DNA from: Balanoglossus misakiensis
Taxonomy: Eukaryota; Animalia; Hemichordata
Assembly (NCBI GenBank): GCA_040954595.2
Contig: CM082579.2
Coordinates: 1,501,908 to 1,565,907 of the forward strand
Direction: 5' to 3'
DNA: 64,000 nt
How positions within the stretch are numbered: the first letter of the stretch is position 1; every line of letters begins with the position of its first letter. Position numbers and translations under genes: made by a program. This document shows positions 26,189 to 38,530 of the stretch, in pieces. A model generated the notes under the pieces. That model was not told the DNA's origin. It worked only from the letters and a program-made list of their open reading frames with translations, and ran no database searches.

Positions 26189-29071
26189 CCTGCTACGACT
26201 GTCATCTGTGGTGCATGTTCAGTAGAATGTGTTTTTGCCTCCGAGCATCTGGAATTGATGATTGAAATAAAAGAAATAGTACACCATCAGATGCCAGATG
26301 ATATCTTGAATAACAATAATAAAATAATTATGCGTGAGAATTTCTGAACCTGTCTGTGCCACTGTAGATATCAAACTGGCCGCGTCCTCCAAATCTACAG
26401 GATTCAAATGTAGTGAAATATAATTTAAGTCAAGTAAAACAGGTCAGAATTTAATCTTTGTGAATGCTTCTGTAATTGATTAAGGTTCGTGCATTGTAAG
26501 ACATCATATACAAGAGAGAAATCTGTTACTGAGTATGTCTGCAATTTATTAAACAGTAAAATTCTAACTCCCGATTTATGTTTGGTTTATAGGTTTCATG
26601 CTACAATCTTGCCTGCACTTCATTGACGTATGTAGAGAATTACTCGAGACCCTGCAAGGTCAAAGTTCAAAGTATTTTGAGACTCACTGGCATGACCTGG
26701 GTTGACCTAGCTCCTAATTCACCATTGGTCAAAAGGGGCAAACATTACATGTATTTTTGCTTTCTACAACCATCACTCAAGCGAGCAAATGTTCAAGACA
26801 TTTTCACACTGTATCCTGTGCCAACCCTGGCAGTTTTGCAAAATCTCACTCAGCTAATGTGACAACTTGACATGACAGGAAGCGAGAACACCCTGGTAGA
26901 CTTTTGACCACACAAGCTTTGTAAACCATGCCTGAATGAATTTTTTGTGAAGCTTGCACAACTGAAAAAAACTGCCATAATTGTGGTTCTCTGTAATGTT
27001 GCCGAAATGAAAAAATAGAAATGACAGATTCAAACAAGAGCACACATACGCGCAAAAGTTGTTCAGATGTCAAAATAATTTATTAACTGAAACTGGGACA
27101 GTGACATGTATGCAAAAGTCAACAAATATGCTTTTTAAAATAAAACAAGATGCCATATGTTACTGACATCGACAAACAAATGCAACCCTCAACAGAATTA
27201 CTCAGACAAAATAAGACTGCGGTACAGGAAAGATTTGAGCAAATACAGAGGAAAGATCTCATTCTGGTATTTTAATGTGCACATATACTAAGATTAATAG
27301 GTGGTATCCCACGGCATAATTTACAATCCAGATAGCCCTTCCAGATGTTTTGGAAACAAAACATGCGCAGGACCAAAATATACCGCCACAAATGACACAT
27401 TGATTTGTAACTTACACCCCACAGCAAGTTTTTCTGACATTGGCGATTCAGAGTAAACAATTGCATCAAAGGTTGACCACAAAAATTACAATGTACATAA
27501 GTCATATCATAAAATCTCAGGGGAAGAAATCTTGTTTTTGAAACTCGATACAGTCACTGATGCCTGCGTGGTGTGCATTTGACAAATAATATGTGTGGCA
27601 TACTGTAAGCGGATGGAAAATGAGCAAGAACAAGTAATAAGTCCAACGTTAAGTCTCTCTACTGAAACAAATGTATTATATGACAATGTCATCATGATTG
27701 ACTTTTTTCTCTCTCTTCAAAATGTGCATCTTTCGTAGTCAATTCACATTAGTGACAACATTTTAAAATTCATTACTCAGAAGAGGTCTCTTGTGTGATA
27801 AAAATTAATAAATAATATTATGCATAATACATGATATAGTATATATTGTCTGTTAGACGCCCCACTTCTCTGCCCCATGCCAAGTGAAACCTATCTGACA
27901 AAAGACCATCTAAAAATACAAAACCAAAATTACATGGAGGTCTATGCGTGACTTGACTGCAGCTGTTCAATCTGTTTGACAATATGACAGTAATGGTTAT
28001 GAATATTTCCACATTAGTTATGATAAATTGCATCATGTGTTCATTTTGTTAAGAAGAAAAAAGATGATGATGGTGAACATCTGTTGAGGATTATTCAAAC
28101 TATGCAAAGAGTAACTGGTCCAAGCCCTTCAATGATAAAACTCGGGACTACCGTCTACCGGTACTGACAGTGATGGCCACAGCAAGGCTATAAAGCCCAA
28201 AAACTAAGACAGCGCTGTGTTAACAGAACACACTTTACTGAAGTTTACATGGAGTTTTTAGTAGAGCTTATTAAACCAATTAAATTTTACAGAGTACTGC
28301 ATGCGATCCTCTTTTAATGTTCTCCTAAAGTTCTAGTTGACATTTCTCCCCAAATATACCACAATACAGTTAGTATATATCATGTTACGCGCTAAATGTA
28401 TTTTTATTAAGGTAATAATGGCATAGTTCCCAATAGCTACTTTGTTTTGGCAAAAATTAAAAAGTAAACTAAATTTGTCAGTTTCCTGCATATGTTATCA
28501 TGAATATGCATCTGGCTTGATTTGTGAGGCACAGTTTCTGAAATTACGCCGTCAGTTCCCTGTCAATATGTTTCCTTCAAAAGTGAAATTAAAAGAACTT
28601 CTTGAAATGGCTTAAACTGCATAATGCAATTCTTTTATATACCAGGTGTCCTTTTGGCTAATCTTTGTTAATAATATGCATAATATTTTAATAATATTAT
28701 GCGTCTTTGGATGTTTGTTGATATTGAACTAAATTAAACGGTATGGCCAAAGCCATAAAATTTTAATATATCGGTCAGTGTCCGAGTCCCTGCGTCAGCA
28801 ACATGTTTACAACATGTACATGACAGAATATGGCATACTGTCGAAGCAGTCTCCTTTGAAACTCTATATGAAGTCGGTGTACCATAAAGCTAACAATAAA
28901 ATGAATGAATGTGAATAGCTTCTACCGAGTAGAGTACCACACCTATTTTATCTACACACACTTTGTGTGTATTACTGTCTATGTGGTGACACTGACTAAG
29001 AAAATTTGAAGAAAAACTGAGGCTCTGACTGTGTCAGGATCAGTCGACAATCACCAGCCGGAAGTGGTGAA

Positions 29072-29112
29072 CATACACACACACACACACACACACATAC
29101 ATACATACATAC
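29072..29112. repeat. (CA)n/(CATA)n microsatellite
   Basis: catacacacac...acatacatacatacataca read directly. Confidence 0.9.
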
Positions 29113-29362
29113 AGTAGAGCATATTTAACATCATAACATATGGCAAGAAGAGCTGAATGTAACCATGGCAACATGTACGCCTCCATAACTCACGGGAACA
29201 CAAGCCAGTTCAGTTTCACATTGTTACTCACAACATTAGTGACTTCAATTCTAACGGAAAACATGCAATATGTACAGTCTTAGAAAGTTAGCAGTCTGAT
29301 CGCAATGGACGTCAGTATAACATTTCCAACTTGCCTGGTCGATGATAAATAGTAACAATTAC

Positions 29363-29500
29363 CTGCGTTACGGTGACTTGGGGGATTTCCGTTTTTCTTG
29401 ACGTCTAATTACAGCAGTTTCAAGCTTATTTTTGACGAGTGAATTCAGTTTCGACGATACACTGCTCTTCAGTTGTGTTTCAACTGTCAGCAGGTCAAAG
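29363..29500 (-). other. Probable non-coding first exon of the GALNT gene (5' end approximate)
   Basis: Minus-strand donor CAG|GTAATT at 29363/29362 in a CpG-richer stretch, flanked by X-box motifs at 29159-29172 and 29568-29581. A candidate acceptor tcctgtag| at 26394 precedes the ATG exon. Confidence 0.5.
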
Positions 29501-29567
29501 GTCAACATATGTAAGGTCAGCAGGAAGGGTCACCTGACAGATGGCGGTGTTGTCTTTCCACTCCCGT

Positions 29568-29581
29568 GTCTCCATGGTAAC
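29568..29581. promoter_or_regulatory. RFX X-box-like motif GTCTCCATGGTAAC at the putative GALNT promoter (second copy GTAACCATGGCAAC at 29159-29172)
   Basis: Close match to the RFX consensus GTNRCC-AT-GGNAAC, located beside the inferred first exon. Confidence 0.4.
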
Positions 29582-29665
29582 AGCTTCGTGACCACGTGAA
29601 CTAGGCTACAGGCTGTAGGGAATTTGATCGTGAAATCGTATGAACTTTTCACCACTAAATATCCG

Positions 29666-29733
29666 ATTTGGTTATTCGGAATAGATGAATTCATTTGGTA
29701 TTTGGTTATTCGGAATAGATGAATTCATTTGGT
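29666..29733. repeat. Perfect 34-bp tandem duplication (ATTTGGTTATTCGGAATAGATGAATTCATTTGGT x2)
   Basis: Read directly. The unit is bounded by ATTTGGT microhomology. Confidence 0.92.
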
Positions 29734-29747
29734 CATGAGGTACAACA

Positions 29748-30183
29748 TTTATTATGTACTGACGGGGACTCTTTCTCAGAGAGGAAAAAAATGTAGAAAA
29801 CCCAGGGTTTTTGTAAAAAATATTTTAATAAGTGGCTCTAATGACATAAAAACATGACTCCCACATACAGAAAGTGATAATTACATTACAAAAGGAAAAT
29901 AAAAGGCTTGAAGCACAGAAAAGGGGAGTCAATATTGAGGCCATAAAAATATCAGGTGTTACACTTTAACATTGAAATTTGAAGAAATGTACAGCAAGAA
30001 ATATTGATAAAAACATGCATATTATACATTTTAAAAAATAAATGATCAAACTTACATTGCACCAAAAAAGCTACAATCAAACGTTTCAAAATTAGCTTTA
30101 CAGTGTGACTGACATTTGCTACAAAAACTACTTTTCTATCCTATTCTAAAATCCACGAAATCGGTTTATTTGATTGTATAAAA
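29748..30183 (-). promoter_or_regulatory. Cyclin A 3'UTR with poly(A) hexamers and multiple CPE-like UUUUAU elements
   Basis: On minus: AATAAA at 30165-70 and 29748-53, ATTAAA near 29824-29, TTTTAT at 30178-83, 30007-12, 29943-48, 29899-904, 29846-51. Confidence 0.5.
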
Positions 30184-30395
30184 ACTGTACAAAGATTTAA
30201 AAAGAAGATAGGACATGATTGTTTTTTTCTCTCACAATTTTCTAAAACTACTGACAACTACCAAGCCAATCACAGTGTAAAGCCAATTCAGTCTTGAGTT
30301 TGGAAATAATGGCAAATCTTCTCCAGGAAACATGTCCACTGCAACATTGATTGTGTTTTTCTAAGATCTAGTCAAAAACTGGAATGTTTATGTTT

Positions 30396-33309
30396 CTATA
30401 GCGATGGTATGGACTGTGGCGGTTCAATTAGGGAAACTTGGAGAAGCCTGTAAAAGTAAGAAGAAAAGTTGTTAAACATTTTGCCAAAAGAGTGTCCATC
30501 ATGAAATCAACGATTTCACATTATCTGAAGACACTCAGACACTTGGGTTACACTCTTCCATGTTTAAAATCTTGTCACACATTTCCAATAAAAGGCCATG
30601 AAACAATGTATTTACAAACTTCTCTACCCTCCTAATTGACTTACTTTGGGCTCTTGTATTTTTCTCTGACAGCTTGTTGTGGGTGAGTGGTTGAGTTGAC
30701 AAACGTACTGTGCAAGTCCCTGACACACTGGTGGATATCTGCATAGCTGTATTCACTGTAATGTTCTAATGTTGGAGTCTGGAAAGAAAAAAGTACATGT
30801 ATTTAGAAGGATACGCAATATTGTGTTATTGTGAAAGTTCAGTTTTTCTGTAAAAGACATTTTTTTATAGTGTACGCTTCTCAAGTTCAATTACAACAAG
30901 AATGGCCCAATAGCAAATGACGGTCAAACTCACCCAGTGTTGGAGATTCAGGGTGTGATTGGCTAGACAAACTGATGCTGCTGCTATCAGTGATGGTGCA
31001 TAACGAATGTACGGTTCATACTCTTGAAGTGTCAACTCAGCCAAGAACTGGAAGAAAAAATGTCAACCATGTAAATAAAATTGTTCTTTCAGCCAGGCTA
31101 CGAGGTTTCATAACTCACCCAATTTAAAAAAGCACCCATTCATCTAGTGGGGAAAAATGAATACATCACACTACTTGCTTTCATCAAAAATTCACATTCC
31201 CGTTTTCATAGATATTTTGGCCAAAATGGGATAGTATGTTCATTTATACCCCTTTTACAATTGTTCTTCAGCTGTAATGGGGATTTTTTTTAATGTATTT
31301 ACCCTTGCTAGTTGTTCCGTTTTGCCATCAGCCTGGGCTGCTCTTAAGTAACGATTGAGGAATGCATTGATGGTGGGAATTGCCAGATCAAAAGATAGTA
31401 CTTTCAAGATAAGATGTTCCATACGCAGCACTTGTTTCTTTGAGTAGGTATCGTCTGTGATGTAGACAAACTCGCCAACCTCAGGTGGGTAGATTTCTTC
31501 AAATTTACTGCAGAAAAAGAAAAAAGGGAGAAAAGATTAGATTCTTTTCTGAAAGCCAAGTTTAGTCTAGACTTCTGGTTCCTCCAAACAAGGACAAATA
31601 AGAGAAAGATGAAAAGTAAGTTCACGTACGCTGCCAGGAACATACTAGCTGCACCAACCAGCTGCAGTTTACTCCTAAGAACACTCATCGCTGACAGAAA
31701 TCTATCAATGTAATTGATGGCTAGGTAGAGCGTTTCGTTGTGTAGTTTGTATTCTTCTGCGACTTCGACCAACCAATCGACCAGTATGCATCTCATGCTT
31801 GATGTTATATCTGGTTGTTTCTTCATGTAGCTTGCTTTGGGCTTGTTTCTCGTCTGGCAATAAAAACAAAGTCAGATCATTTCAACAAGAGATTATAATG
31901 CCTCAAGTCACTTGCAGAAATGTGCATGCAATCTAAAGGAGGGCGCACTTTAGAGCTGTCAACCAATCACTTATCAGACTTGGCAACTTGGTGGCAGCAA
32001 CAACTTGGTGGCAGCAACAATTGGCATTGTTTATGTCACTGTAAAGTAGAAAAAATCGACTCACCTCTGCTTCTTTAAGGTATTCATAGATGTCCTTTGC
32101 GTATTCACTAACATAGATTTCAGTTTCTGCTGGCCCGTCTAATTCAAGTATTCTTGACGTTTCACATATTTGATCTGAAGACGTGTCCAGAATCATAGGC
32201 GACTCCCCTAAAATGAAATGATCAGGTCTGACAGTCAGCGTGCGATCTGAAGTACTAGTAAATTATAATAAATTTGCAACAATTGAGTAGCAATTTCTAT
32301 TGTTCAATAACGACCGCGTCATACCCAGTGGAGGCGCGTACTTTTAAAACTCCCAGAGGAAAAAAAAAAAACTTATATAAAAACTTGAATTACTATAAAA
32401 CCTGCTGAATATGCGTGAACCAAGTTTGCAGACGAAAGCAAGTCAGCTTGTCAAAACACCTGTTGTGTACGACTCTTTTGTTCTCTGAACATGTGCATAC
32501 CAGGTACAACATGCACCGAAATTTGCGTATCTGGATATGTGAATATGGAAAGACCAAGGCCAGTCGACAGTAAAAATTGTGTTTCTACCGCAAAAAAACG
32601 ACTTTGTAAGCATTTCAGCATTTACTCGTGACTGATTTTAAGAAATACATTGCTTCTTACAAGTTTCAACATCTTATCACTATGAATTCTTTCAACATTA
32701 CATTTGATGTCATTATATTGAAACAATACCTGAAGATTCGTCTAGACTGAAAACATCTGGCCGTATTGATAAAGCTCCTGTGACCGATGGGTTCAGCTGT
32801 AAGCCGTCTACGTGATCTGCTCCCCTCGATGAAGATGATTTTTCGCCGGAGTCGATGTGTACTGAAAACCCTTGTTGTGAAACAGCTGTGTTTATAGCAA
32901 AACTGCCCTTTCCCGCCCTTGGTTCATTTTCTCCTTGTACAGAACCGAAAAATCCCTCCGAAGACGAAGCCTAATAAAAAGAGTAAAAAGGGAAAAATGT
33001 ACATGTATAACTTTCAATTCTATTTTATCAGCAAGTTTGTGTGCATAATGCAATTTGCTTTTCAAATATTGCTTTGTGTGAGACAAATGAGACACTGACC
33101 TTTGCCGCGCGGAACGGTTGGACCCTCGTTGAATTGCCTACTATTGTTCCTAATGCTGCTCGTTTGTTGGCTTGTGGAGCGATATTTCGGGTTTGACCGT
33201 CATCTCTTTTGGTTTTCCTTATTCCGGGAATTTGGTTTTCGAAGCCGGTTCTTGCTGCATTGGTGAGAATTCCGCTCGTGCCCGTGTTGGATCCACTGAA
33301 ATAGGACAT
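30396..33309 (-). CDS. CCNA: Cyclin A, 8 coding exons, ~440 aa
   Basis: Exons (minus) 33309-33100, 32970-32730, 32207-32065, 31853-31630, 31507-31303, 31047-30934, 30778-30645, 30447-30396; total 1323 nt. D-box [49 protein letters not shown], cyclin box [49 protein letters not shown]. Confidence 0.97.
31984..32020. repeat. 17-bp tandem duplication (CAACTTGGTGGCAGCAA x2) in a cyclin A intron
   Basis: Read directly. Confidence 0.8.
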
Positions 33310-33483
33310 GTTGTACCAGGAATTATAACGGCTCGAGAATGTGCTCTGTCAATTTTACCGGTATAAACTCTGCAAATACAACATGGAATTCTCCAAAACT
33401 TGGTCTTTAGTGTATCTGGTATCTACAGAGCCAATACAGTAAAGTTGGTGCTGCTGCCTTCGAGGTTTTTGGAGCTAGATGAA

Positions 33484-33586
33484 TTCAAGAGGAAACGTTT
33501 GCATTGACGAAGGCCAGAGATTGCACTGAAATGGATAACGAGTTTAGAATCATTCAATTTCCCCGCTACAAATGCCATTGGCCAAT
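33484..33586 (-). promoter_or_regulatory. Cyclin A cell-cycle promoter: CHR-like CTTGAA (33489-33484), E2F-like TTTCCCCGC (33558-66), back-to-back CCAAT boxes ATTGGCCAAT (33577-86)
   Basis: Motifs read directly 175-280 nt upstream of the ATG. The arrangement matches the NF-Y plus CHR (DREAM/MuvB) architecture of vertebrate G2/M genes. Confidence 0.55.
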
Positions 33587-36500
33587 CAGAATGAAGTGCG
33601 TGATCACATGCATACATTTCGGGACAGGTCCATTACCATGGGGGTGCACAGATTTCAAGAAAGGGGTCATATACCGGAACTGGAAGTTCGATGAAAAGAA
33701 AGACGTTATGTCCCTTTTCTGTAGGTTTGAACCCGTTTCAATTAGAATAAACGCAGTATGGATATTCTAGGACACACTGCTCTTGGGCGATATTTGTTGG
33801 TACAATGTAGTTTGTTTCGTTGGTTGGCACAATGAATCGTTCCTGTCACCATGGACATCCGGGCACGCGATATACTAGTACCTCATCAGTATTTAAGACA
33901 AAAGTACATTTTTGAACCGTTTGTCTAGAAAATACACAATGCAATAATTCTAGACTACCTTATTTCTTTTGTGAACGCAACATGTAAACCTTGGCAGCGC
34001 ATATGGAAGTACACACATGTGCAAAGAGAAAAACTTGTACAAAGTACTACATAACAAAGTTTGCTATCAGAAAGAACGAAAATCACCTGCTGTTCATAAC
34101 CCTACAAAAAGCAATGCGGGTGTTATTAACGTCTGTTGTCAAAGCTTTCTTGACTGTCTTTCTATTCGTGCATCAACACACTATACAATATGGGTTATCA
34201 TGACACTCGTGATGAAACCCAGATTGGCAGAAAACTGAGCAAAGTTTGACAACTTTCTGAGAATGGTCGCGTAAGCCAGGTAGCTTTTTTCTTTCACCTG
34301 GCCTGTCCCTCATTTCTTGTCATCAAAATGACCGAATGTCTTACAAAATAATGAAACCAGTAGAAGGGGGTGATATTCATGGATGCACAACGAGATTCAA
34401 GTCCATCAATAGATAATTAATCCCGCATTCCAAGACTCTTTCACAACAAGTACAGACGCCTCACTGCACGTGTGCTCCACATTGGCACCCCGTTCACAGG
34501 TCCGCCCTTATCAAGAATACGGTCGCTTCAAAGCATAGACAGTAGATGTAGGCCCAGTAGTGGGCATGGACTAGCAGAGGGTGGGGAAGCCCTACAAGTA
34601 CCTAACAAAATCTTGTGCACTTGACCGTGAGTAGGCAAAGTGCAAGGCTGGCCAAATGTGGAATGCATGTGGAATTTAATGCACTGGAACTTTCGTAGTA
34701 AGGTGAATTCAACACAGCAGTTACGCTCTTTTTCACACACGTCTTCTCTACCCTTATGTTAACTTGTCATTCAAATAATATTGCATACAAAAATAGAACA
34801 AAATGCACAAATTATTGGAGACATATTTCAGTTGAAATCTATATTTTAATAGTTTATCAACATTAAAAGACGATTGTTGGCATCGCAAGCTAATTACAAA
34901 TGAACTTTTTCTCATTAAAATAACTGGTGTATATATATATCTGAACTTTGAAAGCAATAATTCTTGAAAATGTTTAACTTGAAACAAAGACAGAAAGTGC
35001 AAGGTTTATGCAAATTGCATTGAATGCATTAATAAATCTACATAATCATAATGCAGCCAAATCCAGACTGTGTAACAACAAAGCTCTGTGACATTTTGAC
35101 GTGTGATGGATGTGGCTACACACTGAGATGGCTGATGATTCTGCAGAGCTGAGGGCAATGCTTAGAAACCCTGACGTAGAAATGCATCAGTGTGTGTACG
35201 TATAATCATAACAATGTGATTACCTGAGAAACAGGTGTTATGAACTAAACATGCATTCAACAATAACACCTTGTAATTATGGTCAGACAAGAAACTGCAG
35301 AGATGGGCAGGAGTATCAAGCTAATTGGTTTTGATGTTCCACTCATATCTGTTACGACACATGACACAGAATTGAAGGAACATCATAACCAGAGCTAGAA
35401 ATTACACAAGTTAAAAAGAGTAAAAGTGACTTGTAACATTCATAGCAATGTGGTCGCACTTTGAAATTTGATAAAAAGAAAGATATGTCTTTAGAGGTAA
35501 AATGTTGCCAGAAGGGAGTTTAGCACAACTGTTGTGGTATTTTTAAGATAGCATTTACAAATTCAAAGGAGTGCAAAAAAAAGAGAACTATTTACATGAT
35601 ACAGAAAATAAACACCAGTAAATCATTTTTTGGTGTCAATTTTAAAAGTGTCTTCTGTTTTTCTGAATTTAAGAAATATCTCTATCTGTACATTATAACC
35701 ATAAATATGACTTTAGAAAACTAGTTGTCAAGGGCAAATTGACCAAGTATTGCTGCTTTGTACAAACAAGAACATTGGGAGGGACATTTACAGGAAATAT
35801 CATTTATATGGATGAATCTATGACAGCATTGAAACCTTGTATACATATATTGACTTATGTATAGTACTATGAGAATTCTCAAACATATAAAACAGTAACA
35901 TTTGAAAGACTTGAAATTTCCCTTCTCTTTTTGGAAATCAAGATGGCCACACAATGATCAATAGCCTTTACACTTGCTAAAATTAAAGAAGCAATGAGAA
36001 TAATATTTAAATTTTAACACAGATCAATACTGTCTGAGTGAAATACCACAGAGTGTTAAATCTGGTACATGGTAAAATTACAATTAGCAGATAAAATTCA
36101 CACTGAATTTGCAAGTTGTGATGTTATAAATGGAGCTGTACAACATGTGTCATTACATGCATCTGAGTTGTATGAAATAGTTCCCTTGTAATGGACTGAC
36201 TTGTACAGAAAATAACGGGAAAACATATTGGAGTTATAGCCTGTCAAAAAGTTTTTAACTGTTTTGATACAAGCAGAGTTGAGTCTTTCAAAAGGGATTC
36301 CATTTTTACATAACAATCCAGTGAAAGCAGCATGAATATTATGCACCAGAATATCATTTTTTTTCTCTCTCTTTAGGATCTCCCCGTTTTCGGGTTCAAA
36401 ATAACACATTTGAAAAGTACATATTTGTGATTGCATAGGAGATCACTTATTCGGACCATAAAGTTTTATTTATAATTCTAGCAAAATAAATTGGGCCTGT

Positions 36501-38530
36501 TCTATTATCAGGTATCACAATGAATGGTTACATTTAACAAGAATAGTGTGAAGTGGTTGTCAGAGGATTGTGATGCCCTCTATGTATGTCCTTGGTTATT
36601 CTTTTGTTTTATGAGTGTAACGAGGCTTCAGTGACCTCATTGCAACATGACTTGGATATACACACAAACAAAGACATGAGCTGCTGTCCCTGTAGAAACT
36701 GAGTTAAATTAGCAAGAACTACTCAATTTCCATCCCAAAAATTGTTAACCTTGCGTAGGATTTGAATACACAAAAATGATGGAGATTTCTTACAAAACAA
36801 TTTCTACCTTTACATCTGATAACTTAATCCTGCTTTTTCACTTTGAAAAAAATTCCTGTCATAGAAAGAAATGACAACAAAACAAATCAATAAAATTCTT
36901 GATGCCAGTCTTTCCATCTAAATTGCACTGTTTTCCTAGCAATTATATGGGTAACATTGTTTTGTTTTTTCATTCAGTACCCGGTATGTATTATCACTAC
37001 AGGGACAGATCATAACAACACAGACAGACAGGCAACACTTATGAAGGACAAAATGCTTGTACAGCACATCATGTCAGAATTGACCACCAGAAATCTATGA
37101 CCTTTGCGTACACAAAATATTGAAAGCCCATTAGCTGCAACACTTTGCATCTTGTGCCACTTGAAGTAGACTTTATCTATTTAAGTTACATGGCCATGTG
37201 CAGGTCAGACAGTCAACAAGCTAATCAGCCAGCCACTGATTTGTTTCAGTGTATATACAATGCCGTCCATAGTGTAAGAGCCGGATCCACTATCTGTTTC
37301 AAAATATCAAGTGTACTGGTACCAGTAATTACCCAGAAAAGTCTAAAAAAATCAGCAAACTGGTTGCAATGGGTAATTAGCTGGTAGCTGGTTGGTTGTA
37401 TGACCTTGCTAGCTGTGTGTTGCCAGTAACTGTGCTGCATTCATATAAATCCTGGTGTGTTTTTCACGTAGTAAGACTGGTTTTGAAGTAAACCTTTTGA
37501 TTCTAATTCTATGTTATTTTGTCAAGTTGTATTCGATTAGCCTGTCTGAAAAGTCAAACAAACTACCAACTATTTTAAAATAGTCTTTTCGAACAAGAAA
37601 CTGTCAAAGGTGTATTGATTTTTCTGGTACTACAGTCCATTTTCTTGGAACAGATACAAATTTATTTGCTGTTTCAGAGATGTACTGATATGCTACTATA
37701 CAAGTATACACAACAATACATGTACACAAGTACTGGAACAGAATATTCTATCTGTACAATCAAAAACAATAGAAAATAATTGAAACAAAAAAAAACACTA
37801 TTCAGCTCTTCTGGAAATACAATGACAATAATATACAGTAACTAAATTTACAATACAACATTTATATAAACATATTTACAATATTGAATACCCCAAATAC
37901 ATATATTTCAGGAAAGGTAATATCTGGTCAAGGTTTGCTGTTATGATTGGGTTCACATGCAAAAACTTGTGCATCATCTTTGAAAACTAAGATGTACATT
38001 TCATGGGTAACATAGACACCCACCAGTACTTCAATGGCTGACAAGACAAATGAAAGCAGGAGAACGTGAGAGAGCAGCACATATTGGCAAATTATTGATT
38101 TATATCTCAACCTTTGGCATTTCTTTCTCTTTGGAGGATACCTGACTTGGCAATGAGTGCTTTGGTGGGGCATCTGTTTTATCATTTGGCAAACCTGAAT
38201 TTCATTTGCTGCCCTACCTTGGGATGTGATCTATTTGTAACAATTTAGCAGCATTGAGTAACATTTGATCTCTCCAATTCATTGTTTTGTAAATTTGCAA
38301 CACAAGGTACATCACAGAAGATGGCATTGAATGCCAGTTCACATGGAGAAAATTATGGCAGAGAGGCAGCTCTGGTTTTCTGCTGATCAAGGTAATTTAT
38401 TATTACAAAAATGAAGAGATTACTTGACCTCGAAACATCTGTCTGTCTCGTGACAAATTTGCTGATTGCTTCAAGGTTTGATAGCTGCTTCACCTTCAAT
38501 GTTCTACTTATCACTGCTTTGGCCTCAGGG

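Noticed and set aside
29666-29733. Direct repeats resembling a CRISPR array (also 56619-56697)
   Set aside because: Two adjacent copies without spacers, no cas genes, eukaryotic context.
33780-34760. GC-richer stretch with short ORFs upstream of cyclin A, considered as a transposon relic or divergent gene
   Set aside because: No recognisable protein motif, terminal repeat or exon chain in any frame I read.
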